Of a stretch of DNA of 25,921 nt, positions 1-7,436 are shown in pieces. The notes below the pieces were generated by a model. It did no database searches. It had not been told where the DNA came from and worked only from the letters and a program-made list of their open reading frames with translations. This DNA is from a virus (Duplodnaviria; Caudoviricetes), in IMG/VR virus record IMGVR_UViG_3300017912_000085, positions 1-25,921 of that record. One strand, written 5' to 3'. The stretch's first letter is position 1; each line of letters starts with the position of its first letter. The translations under genes and the position numbers were made by a program.

Positions 1-95
1 AGCACGACAAGTGGCGTATCAGACGTGCTGAGTGGGATAAGATACCACATGAATTGTTTGTAAAGGAGAATGATGATGAACAGATTTCTGATTGA
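1..95 (+). CDS. 3' end of a hypothetical protein, truncated by the window edge
   Basis: Frame is open from position 3 (HDKWRIRRAEWDKIPHELFVKENDDEQISD) to TGA at 93-95 and overlaps the start of the next gene. Confidence 0.5.
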   Translation, partial: HDKWRIRRAEWDKIPHELFVKENDDEQISD

Positions 96-597
96 CCACC
101 ACCCTGATGCAATAGCTAAGTCATTGTGTGACCAGCATATTGTCAAGATGCCATTGGAAGAAGCGCAGATGCTATGCACTAGCCTGTGGCATCACGCACC
201 TGAGTATGCAGAGGTCAAGGGTTTGTACAAGCCTGTACATCAGAAGCACCCCTGCACACTGTGGGCAATGGACAACCAGCGTAACTACGCCTTTGCTTGG
301 CGGTTGTATGACGCAATGTTGCGTGAGTACACCCACCGCTACGGCAAAGAACACGGTGCAGGTAAGCACCTTCGTGCGTTGGAGTTTGGTGTCTGCAAGA
401 TACCTGATACAACTAACTTTATGACACCGCACCCGCAGTGTTTCAGCGGTCACGATCATCTCAAGACAGATGAGAACTGGCCTATCATGGCGTACCGTGC
501 GTTCTATTGTGTTGACAAAGCTAAGTTTGCACGATATAACAAAGGACGTTCTAAACCACAATGGATGATTGAAGGAGAGGAGATTTTAAATGGCTAA
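76..597 (+). CDS. Pyrimidine dimer DNA glycosylase / endonuclease V (DenV-like) family protein
   Basis: MNR start and LCDQHIVKMPLE align with T4 DenV MTR...LADQHLMAEYRE (catalytic Glu23). HxxHPCTLW and AYRxFY...K...W motifs are typical of the family. AAGGAG at 63-68 favours the ATG at 76 over 70. Confidence 0.8.
   Translation: MNRFLIDHHPDAIAKSLCDQHIVKMPLEEAQMLCTSLWHHAPEYAEVKGLYKPVHQKHPCTLWAMDNQRNYAFAWRLYDAMLREYTHRYGKEHGAGKHLRALEFGVCKIPDTTNFMTPHPQCFSGHDHLKTDENWPIMAYRAFYCVDKAKFARYNKGRSKPQWMIEGEEILNG
512..540 (+). promoter_or_regulatory. sigma70-like promoter inside the 3' end of the DenV-like gene
   Basis: TTGACA (512-517), 17 bp, TATAAC (535-540). Confidence 0.7.
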
Positions 598-859
598 AAA
601 TTTACAAAATATGACTACAGATGAACGCATCTCATATTGGGAAAAGGTGCGTGAGAAAGAAAAATGTCAACGTGCGGTAAAGATAAACAAGTTATCTTAT
701 CAGCAACGTATGGCAGTCATTGAAGTAAACAAATTGTTAGATAGCATTCTTGACACTGCCCTGTACCCCGACATGGGTGGCATCAAGGCGGTGTCAGCCT
801 ACGAACTACAAGAGTTGTCTGACGCAAAAGATACACTTGCATTTCAATTTAACCTGTGA
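590..859 (+). CDS. Hypothetical protein (89 aa)
   Basis: ORF overlaps the upstream stop and is preceded by GGAGAGGAG. No recognised motif. Confidence 0.75.
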   Translation: MAKNLQNMTTDERISYWEKVREKEKCQRAVKINKLSYQQRMAVIEVNKLLDSILDTALYPDMGGIKAVSAYELQELSDAKDTLAFQFNL

Positions 860-865
860 TATAAC
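837..865 (+). promoter_or_regulatory. sigma70-like promoter with extended -10, upstream of the DUF932 gene
   Basis: TTGCAT (837-842), 17 bp, TATAAC (860-865). The TGA stop at 857-859 supplies the TGn extension. Confidence 0.65.
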
Positions 866-875
866 ACAATATCAC
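856..875. repeat. Perfect 7-bp inverted repeat GTGATAT-aacaca-ATATCAC (operator-like)
   Basis: Read directly. It overlaps the -10 box and the expected transcription start. Confidence 0.55.
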
Positions 876-900
876 TTAACGGTATGAAAGGAGAAACACC

Positions 901-1749
901 ATGCCATTAGATTTTACACCAGAACAAATCGGAGTTCCAGAACACGTTAACTTTCCTGTGGAGTTTGAGCCTACAAAATATGACAAGTCGAAGTATGTCA
1001 TCAACGGTAACACAGGTGAGTACCTTGGTATCGTGGGCAACGGCTTTACCTGTGCCAACCACGGCGACTTCTTTACTAAGGCACATAACACAATCTCTGA
1101 GCATCTTGGCGAAGAATTTTGTGACAGCATGAACATCAAGTATCGCACCGCACGTAACAATGCGTGGGTTATGATGGACATGACTATGCCTAACGTGTTG
1201 CGCCGCATCCAGTCAGAGAAACATAGCACCACCATTGCACCCCGGCTTATTGCCCTACACGGCATTGATGGGTCATGCAGTAACATGGTGTTCTTTGGGG
1301 CTATCGACTTCTTTTGCACCAACGGCATGATCACTGGTGACTACGACAAGATCAAGCGCAAGAACACTGCCAACTTTAGCTTGGAAAAGTTTATACAAGA
1401 ATTGGAGTCATCAGTCACTGACTTCTATGACACGGCTGACAAGTTTCAGCGTTGGGCAGAAACAAGCCTAATGACTGTCGATGTCAAAGCACTGCTTGAT
1501 TCAGTTATCAAGTCTGAGCGTAAGTCAGAGAAGATGTTTACCTTGTACAATCAAGAGGTTAGCACTCGTGGACGTAACGTGTGGGCATTGTATTCCGCCT
1601 TTACAAACTACTCTACATACGCTGATGAGCGTAACGGGTTCAACCTACGCAACACAGGTAATGATACTGTCGCACAGTCCATGTGGGCGAGAGAGCAGGA
1701 AGTTGCCAAGTGGATCAGTTCACCACAGTTTCAGGCGATTGCGGCATGA
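901..1749 (+). CDS. DUF932/DUF945-family phage/plasmid protein
   Basis: HGIDGS, FFCTNG and NVWALYSAFTNY match the family's HDGS, CxNG and W-x-x-Y-x-A-x-T motifs. Strong RBS GAAAGGAG. Confidence 0.75.
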   Translation: MPLDFTPEQIGVPEHVNFPVEFEPTKYDKSKYVINGNTGEYLGIVGNGFTCANHGDFFTKAHNTISEHLGEEFCDSMNIKYRTARNNAWVMMDMTMPNVLRRIQSEKHSTTIAPRLIALHGIDGSCSNMVFFGAIDFFCTNGMITGDYDKIKRKNTANFSLEKFIQELESSVTDFYDTADKFQRWAETSLMTVDVKALLDSVIKSERKSEKMFTLYNQEVSTRGRNVWALYSAFTNYSTYADERNGFNLRNTGNDTVAQSMWAREQEVAKWISSPQFQAIAA

Positions 1750-1895
1750 AAAATAATGCACGTCTAAAAATGCACAATGTCTACGCAACGGATGATTTTA
1801 CAATACCAAAAGAGCATCGTCCGTTGCTGTGGAAGCCAAGCAAAAAGAAAACAAAATGTAACGCCGTTACAAAAAAAAAAAAAAAAAATGTGTGA
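1746..1895 (+). CDS. Small basic hypothetical protein (49 aa)
   Basis: ATGA overlap with the DUF932 stop suggests translational coupling. Reads MKNNARLKMHNVY...KKKKKNV through the A18 tract. Confidence 0.5.
   Translation: MKNNARLKMHNVYATDDFTIPKEHRPLLWKPSKKKTKCNAVTKKKKKNV
1871..1888 (+). repeat. A18 homopolymer tract
   Basis: 18 consecutive A, the last being the A of the ATG at 1888. Confidence 0.9.
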
Positions 1896-2460
1896 AGGCA
1901 CTGGAAAAAGAGATACAGAAACTGGTCGTTGGATTTCAGCGGAAGAAATGAAAAAAGACGGAACCTACGAAGAGTGGTTAGAGTATGAGATGGAACACTA
2001 TAAGTTTTATCACATTTTCTGGTGCCGTTGGGATGAAGACAATCGCTGGTATTCACCAAAAGATTGGTTGCCAAACTTCTGGACATGGTTTCAAGAACGT
2101 GCAGAGTATCGTTCTAACGGTGGTATATCTTGGAAGTTTGTTCAATTTGTGTGGGCTATTCAGGCGTTTATAGATGATTGTGTTACGATACTTGAATGGG
2201 ATAGACCACCACACGCGGAGCATCGTGGGTTATACAAAGGTGATTGGGAAACTAAATGGGGGTTCTGGGAGTACGTTTATTTTCGTACAATCGGTGTACC
2301 CGTACACAAACTTCGCTGTTTCTTTCAAACAAAAATACTAGGCATGGAAGAAATTGACGATCATTTGGGATGCCCTAGCTGGCCTAACTGCGACATTGAC
2401 CCTAATGGATGTCGTGTAAAAATGGGAGATGATGTAGAATGGTACGGACACAGAGATTAA
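1888..2460 (+). CDS. Trp-rich hypothetical protein (190 aa) with a C-terminal His/Cys cluster
   Basis: Long open frame ending DDHLGCPSWPNCDIDPNGC...YGHRD. Start is uncertain (1777 is in frame, or the ORF may be fused across the A tract). Confidence 0.7.
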   Translation: MCEGTGKRDTETGRWISAEEMKKDGTYEEWLEYEMEHYKFYHIFWCRWDEDNRWYSPKDWLPNFWTWFQERAEYRSNGGISWKFVQFVWAIQAFIDDCVTILEWDRPPHAEHRGLYKGDWETKWGFWEYVYFRTIGVPVHKLRCFFQTKILGMEEIDDHLGCPSWPNCDIDPNGCRVKMGDDVEWYGHRD

Positions 2461-3374
2461 GATCGTTGGTAGATGATTACTATTCTTCCTATGATTACAG
2501 GAACTTACGTGATGAAACTAAAGCACATTATAAGTATCTGTTGAGTGTCATGCTAGATACAAAGGTAGAGGGCAAGCCCCTCTGCCAGCATGACTACACA
2601 AATCTGTCCACCCGTGTGGCAAAGATGTCATACAACCAGTGGTGCGAGAAAGGATTGTCAATGGCTAATCATTTGCTGTCTGCAACACGCATTGTATTCA
2701 ATCACGGGTTGCGTGAAGAATTATGTGTCATAAACCCCTTCTCAAACGTCCGTAAACGCCCCACAGAGAGGCGTAAGGTGGTCTGGGGTAGGGAAGATGT
2801 CCGAAAGTTCTTAGACGCCGCCTACGGCGATTTTAGCACACGTAATATTGGACTGATTGCTCACATGGCATACGAATGGTGTCAGCGATTGGGTGATATG
2901 CGACTGCTTACATGGGATGCAATCGACTTTGAGGCAAAAACTGTTTATATAGAACAATCAAAACGTAAAGCAGAGGTGCATCTGCCCATCGAAGATGATT
3001 TGTTTGACATGCTTGTACAACAAGAGAAAGATTTTGGCTTTCAAAAGTACGTTGCACCCAGACCCAAGCCACGTGAGGGTGTTTACATACCATATAGTAT
3101 GACTAAACTACCTTTACATGGGCGTAAGTTGATGGATCAGGCAGGACTGTCACGAGAACTGCGTTTATCTGACTTACGAAGGACTGGTACGACTGAAATG
3201 GTGGAGGCGGGTGTTGGTATGGCACAAATTATGTCGGTTACAGGACATGCTAATCCAAGTTCAGTCAAACCATATCTAAAAAATACGTTGTCAAGTGCAA
3301 ATAATGCATTGACAGCACGAAAATCTCATGGTATAAGCATAGCAAGTGCCGCAAAGGAAAGTGATATTACATGA
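2439..3374 (+). CDS. Tyrosine recombinase / phage integrase
   Basis: Catalytic set: R in WCQRLGD, K in QSKR, SDLRR (for HxxR), H in VTGH, Y in VKPY. Helical N-terminal core-binding region. Confidence 0.9.
   Translation: MVRTQRLRSLVDDYYSSYDYRNLRDETKAHYKYLLSVMLDTKVEGKPLCQHDYTNLSTRVAKMSYNQWCEKGLSMANHLLSATRIVFNHGLREELCVINPFSNVRKRPTERRKVVWGREDVRKFLDAAYGDFSTRNIGLIAHMAYEWCQRLGDMRLLTWDAIDFEAKTVYIEQSKRKAEVHLPIEDDLFDMLVQQEKDFGFQKYVAPRPKPREGVYIPYSMTKLPLHGRKLMDQAGLSRELRLSDLRRTGTTEMVEAGVGMAQIMSVTGHANPSSVKPYLKNTLSSANNALTARKSHGISIASAAKESDIT
3309..3337 (+). promoter_or_regulatory. sigma70-like promoter in the 3' end of the recombinase gene, facing primase
   Basis: TTGACA (3309-3314), 17 bp ending TGG, TATAAG (3332-3337). 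Confidence 0.7.
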
Positions 3375-4144
3375 ATAATATATATAACACTATAAGTGAT
3401 ATGGATATACCTAATGGTAGTACAAAGAGAATGGATTGTCCTAACTGTGGTGGGTACAAAACATTTACAGTGACCAACAACATGGGTTCTCTTGTATGGA
3501 ATTGCTATAAGGCTTCTTGTACACTGAAAGGCGGCACTAGGGTGCATCTATCTGTGGATGATATACGCAGTGGCTTTAGTGGAGCAGAAAAGTTTGCGGA
3601 AGAGGCATTTGAGTTGCCCTCTTACGTGGTAGATAGGAATCCTAACTCGTATCAAATGCGTAAGTTTCTAGCTACGTGGGATTTAGACTACGAAGAACTT
3701 GATCTGTTGTATGATGTAAAAGAGGACAGAGTTGTGTTTCCTGTGTATTCGCAAGGTAATCTTGTGGATGCTACAGGACGCTCTCTGGGCAATAGATTAC
3801 CTAAATGGAAAAAATATGGAAAAAGTGGCTTGCCATACTCGTGTGGTTGTGGTAAAGTCGCAGTTGTTGTTGAGGACTGTGTGAGTGCAGCCGTGGTTGG
3901 TGGCAAATCCTTTGTCGGGGTTGCGCTTCTTGGAACATCTCTACAAGAGTCGCATAAAGGGTATCTTGCACAGTTCTCAACAGCCGTAATAGCATTAGAC
4001 CCCGATGCGTTACCAAAAACTATGGTCATGGCAAAGGAATTACGTGGGCATGTAAACGATGTTCGTGTCCTACGTTTGACAGATGACTTGAAATATCGTA
4101 ACCCTGAAGATATGGAGAAGCTATATGGAATTATCACTAATTAG
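3371..4144 (+). CDS. DNA primase (Zn ribbon plus TOPRIM)
   Basis: CPNC...CYKASC zinc ribbon, TOPRIM acidic motifs VVED and ALDPD, located directly before the helicase. Confidence 0.88.
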   Translation: MNNIYNTISDMDIPNGSTKRMDCPNCGGYKTFTVTNNMGSLVWNCYKASCTLKGGTRVHLSVDDIRSGFSGAEKFAEEAFELPSYVVDRNPNSYQMRKFLATWDLDYEELDLLYDVKEDRVVFPVYSQGNLVDATGRSLGNRLPKWKKYGKSGLPYSCGCGKVAVVVEDCVSAAVVGGKSFVGVALLGTSLQESHKGYLAQFSTAVIALDPDALPKTMVMAKELRGHVNDVRVLRLTDDLKYRNPEDMEKLYGIITN

Positions 4145-5360
4145 AAGTTTAATGGACAAATCGTTTTATGACGATCATCGTGGGGCTAGATGCCCTGACA
4201 GGCTGTTCAGCAAGGACGTGCGTAAGATCAAGCACACTATCGACACTGCAATGGATAGGTATGACCGTAGTGTGTTGCCTGATGAAGTTGAAGCGTTGTT
4301 TATGGCAAACAACCCCACGCTTACAACGGCACAGAAGCAGGCATACTCAAGCCTGTTTCGTAAGGTCAAGACAGAAGAGCCTATGGGCAGTGATGTAGCA
4401 CAGGAAGTGTTATCTAAACTGTTCCAGCAGGTGGTTGGCGAAGATATTGCCAATCTTGGTTTTGATTATGTCAATGGTGACAAGTCTAGTCTTGAGCCTT
4501 TGCGCTTGTTACTTGAGCAATACGGGGATGACTTTACGCCTGACTTGAATGTAGAGTGGGATGACATTGAGATTGAAACGCTCATGTCAAAAGCTGACCT
4601 TGAAGCACGTTGGACGTTTAACATTCCTACTCTAACGCGTAAGGTAGAGGGCGTTAACGCTGGGCATTTGATTGAGGTTGGTGCCAGACCCAACACAGGT
4701 AAGACATCATTCCATGCGTCAGCAATCGCAGCACCGGGCGGCTTTGCACATCAGGGTGCTAACTGTATTATCTTATGTAACGAAGAGGGCTACCATCGTG
4801 TAGGCGCACGTTATTTAACTGCCGCTACAGGCATGACAATGCGTGAGATAAAAGATAATCCAGCAAAGGCACGTGAGTTGTATGCACCAGTAAAAGAGCG
4901 TATCAAGATTAAAGATGCAACAGGTCGTGATATGAGTTGGGTTGAGTCTATATGCAAAACATACAAGCCAGACATTGTACTGCTTGACATGGGTGATAAG
5001 TTTGCCAAGACGGGCGGCTTTGCTCGTACAGACGAAGCACTCAAGGCTAATGCAATACATGCTCGTATGATTGCAAAGGAGTATGAGTGCGCTATGTTCT
5101 ATATGTCACAGCTATCTGCTGACGCTGAAGGCAAGGTGTTACTTAACCAGTCGATGATGGAAGGTTCACGCACAGGCAAAGCGGCAGAGGCTGACTTGAT
5201 GTTACTGATAGCAAAGAACCCCGTAAAGATAAATGAGCATGGTGAAGAAACAAAAGAAGATCCAGAGCGTCACTTGAATGTAGTTAAAAATAAGTTGACA
5301 GGTTGGCACGGTGTGGTACACTGCAACTTAGAGTATCAAACAGCGAGGTATGTAGTATGA
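4125..5360 (+). CDS. DnaB/T7 gp4-like superfamily 4 replicative helicase
   Basis: Walker A GARPNTGKTS, Walker B VLLD, H3 motif MSQLS, ADLMLLI and VVKNK. Confidence 0.92.
   Translation: MELSLIRSLMDKSFYDDHRGARCPDRLFSKDVRKIKHTIDTAMDRYDRSVLPDEVEALFMANNPTLTTAQKQAYSSLFRKVKTEEPMGSDVAQEVLSKLFQQVVGEDIANLGFDYVNGDKSSLEPLRLLLEQYGDDFTPDLNVEWDDIEIETLMSKADLEARWTFNIPTLTRKVEGVNAGHLIEVGARPNTGKTSFHASAIAAPGGFAHQGANCIILCNEEGYHRVGARYLTAATGMTMREIKDNPAKARELYAPVKERIKIKDATGRDMSWVESICKTYKPDIVLLDMGDKFAKTGGFARTDEALKANAIHARMIAKEYECAMFYMSQLSADAEGKVLLNQSMMEGSRTGKAAEADLMLLIAKNPVKINEHGEETKEDPERHLNVVKNKLTGWHGVVHCNLEYQTARYVV
5295..5322 (+). promoter_or_regulatory. sigma70-like promoter in the 3' end of the helicase gene, facing the polymerase
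   Basis: TTGACA (5295-5300), 16 bp ending TGG, TACACT (5317-5322). Confidence 0.55.
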
Positions 5361-7399
5361 AACTAACACTTGATGTAGAAAACACAGTTACACAACGGGA
5401 TGGTAAGATGCACCTTGATCCTTTTGAGCCAGAGAACTCACTGACTATGATCGGTGTGTTGACTGATCAAGGTATGGAGCAACACTTTCCATTTGACCAT
5501 TGTGACGTACCCAACCAGCAGGATTACTATGAGCGTGTGCAGTGGTACTTGGATCAAGCTACCATACTTATATGCCACAATGCTGCGTATGATTTGATGT
5601 GGTTGTGGGAGTCAGGCTTCAAGTATGACGGGCCTGTGTTTGATACAATGCTTGCAGAGTATGTGCTACAGCGCGGTATCAAAGAACCGTTGTCATTGCA
5701 GGCATGTGCGGAACGATACGAGTTAGACACAAAGAAGCAGGACACTCTGAAAGAATACTTTGCGAAAGGCTATAGCACCAGAGATATTCCATACAACGAG
5801 TTATGTGAATACTTGTCTGCTGATCTTAATGCTACGCAGCAGTTGTGTGATAAGCAAATAAAGCGGTTACACAGTTGTGATGATGCTGGACTATTAAATA
5901 CTGTAGTGCTAACTAACGAATTAGCTGTGTGTCTTGCACGTATCTATCAGCGTGGATTCAAGGTTGATCTAAATGTTTTGGACAGTGTGCGGCAGGAGTT
6001 TGAGCAGGAGCAGAAAGAACTTGAATCATCTCTTGAGTCTACTGTTCGTAAAGTCATGGGTGATACACCTATAAACATCAACAGCCCAGAGCAATTGTCT
6101 TGGGTTGTATATGGACGTAAGGTTAAATCAAAGATGGATTGGGCAACCAAGGTTGACCCATACATGGACAGCAAAGAGTTTGACCGTCTTCTCAATACTG
6201 ATACAGAGCGTTTGTATCGTACGACTGCAGAGCAGTGCCGCACTTGCCGTGGATCTGGTATAATACATAAGGTAAAAAAGAATGGAGAGATGTTTAAGAA
6301 GCCAAACAAATGTCCTGATTGCTCTGGCGAGGGTTTCTTATTCAAACAAACAGATGTGCTTGCAGGCTTTAAGTTTAAGCCACCGTCACCTAAATGGGCA
6401 AGCGCGACAGGCTTTACTACAAGCAAACTAAACCTAGAAATACTAGAAGGTGCGGCTCGTAGTAAGGGGATGACAGATGCGGCAGAATTTTTAAACAAGG
6501 TTCGTAGGCTGAGTGCCGTTCATACCTATCTGTCATCTTTTGTGGAAGGTATCCAGACAAACACCAAGCAAGATGGATTACTTCATGTGCGTTTACTTCA
6601 GCACCGCACAGCTACTGGTCGTTTGTCTGGTGCCGATCCTAATATGCAGAACATGCCACGTGGCGGCACGTTTCCTGTGAAGAAAGTATTTGTGTCACGA
6701 TTTGATGGCGGCAAGGTAATGGAAGCCGACTTTGCACAGTTGGAGTTTCGTGCTGCTGCCTATTTATCACAAGATGGAGTCGCAATTGATGAAGTATCTA
6801 ATGGGTTTGATGTACACGCATATACCGCTAAAGTTATTACCGATGCTGGTCAACCTACGGATAGGCAGTCTGCAAAGGCTCACACGTTTGCACCGCTTTA
6901 TGGCGCAACGGGCTTTGGGAGAACGAAAGCGGAAGCAAAGTATTATGAACACTTTACCGAAAAATACCAAGGAGTCGCAGAATGGCATTCCCGATTGGCT
7001 AAAGAGGCTTTAGAAAAACAAAAGATAACTACGCCTAGTGGTAGAGAGTTTTCTTTCCCTGATGTAGTTCGTAAGTCTAGTGGTAGGGTAAGTCATTTTA
7101 CCCAGATAAAGAACTATCCTGTGCAGTCGTTTGCTACTGCAGACATTGTGCCGATAGCTTTATTACACATAGATGATCTACTGAAAGATAAAAAATCTTG
7201 CATTGTAAACACGGTGCATGATAGTATAGTCATTGATATTCATCCTGACGAAGAACATCAGGTTATCAATGTTATAGAACAAACTAATAATGCGTTACCT
7301 CAACTTATAGCTATGAGGTGGGGCATAAGATTTAATGTTCCTTTGCTTTTAGAAGCAAAAATTGGTCCGAATTGGCTTGACACCAAGGACGTGGCATGA
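5357..7399 (+). CDS. polA: Family A DNA polymerase with 3'-5' exonuclease and a DnaJ-type zinc-finger insertion
   Basis: ExoI LDVE, ExoII HNAAYD, ExoIII YLSAD, TATGRLS, motif A DFAQLEFR, motif B RQSAKAHTFAPLYG, motif C VHDS. Start placed at ATG 5357 (ATGA overlap with the helicase stop, GAGGT RBS) rather than 5303. Confidence 0.96.
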   Translation: MKLTLDVENTVTQRDGKMHLDPFEPENSLTMIGVLTDQGMEQHFPFDHCDVPNQQDYYERVQWYLDQATILICHNAAYDLMWLWESGFKYDGPVFDTMLAEYVLQRGIKEPLSLQACAERYELDTKKQDTLKEYFAKGYSTRDIPYNELCEYLSADLNATQQLCDKQIKRLHSCDDAGLLNTVVLTNELAVCLARIYQRGFKVDLNVLDSVRQEFEQEQKELESSLESTVRKVMGDTPININSPEQLSWVVYGRKVKSKMDWATKVDPYMDSKEFDRLLNTDTERLYRTTAEQCRTCRGSGIIHKVKKNGEMFKKPNKCPDCSGEGFLFKQTDVLAGFKFKPPSPKWASATGFTTSKLNLEILEGAARSKGMTDAAEFLNKVRRLSAVHTYLSSFVEGIQTNTKQDGLLHVRLLQHRTATGRLSGADPNMQNMPRGGTFPVKKVFVSRFDGGKVMEADFAQLEFRAAAYLSQDGVAIDEVSNGFDVHAYTAKVITDAGQPTDRQSAKAHTFAPLYGATGFGRTKAEAKYYEHFTEKYQGVAEWHSRLAKEALEKQKITTPSGREFSFPDVVRKSSGRVSHFTQIKNYPVQSFATADIVPIALLHIDDLLKDKKSCIVNTVHDSIVIDIHPDEEHQVINVIEQTNNALPQLIAMRWGIRFNVPLLLEAKIGPNWLDTKDVA

Positions 7400-7405
7400 T
7401 ATAAC
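7377..7405 (+). promoter_or_regulatory. sigma70-like promoter with extended -10, upstream of the putative SSB
   Basis: TTGACA (7377-7382), 17 bp, TATAAC (7400-7405). The polymerase TGA stop supplies the TGn extension. Confidence 0.75.
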
Positions 7406-7436
7406 TATGCCTCATTCACTATGAAAGGAGAAATAT

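Noticed and set aside
3199-3211. TGGTGGAGGCGGG, whose reverse complement resembles a tmRNA/tRNA 3' end (CCCGCCTCCACCA) and so a possible attP core
   Set aside because: No T-arm next to it, and it encodes the conserved MVEAG helix of the recombinase. Probably chance, although a BLASTN against host ssrA would settle it.
5303-5356. 18-aa N-terminal extension of the polymerase in the ORF track
   Set aside because: It overlaps the helicase. ATG 5357 has an RBS and ATGA coupling and begins at the ExoI strand.
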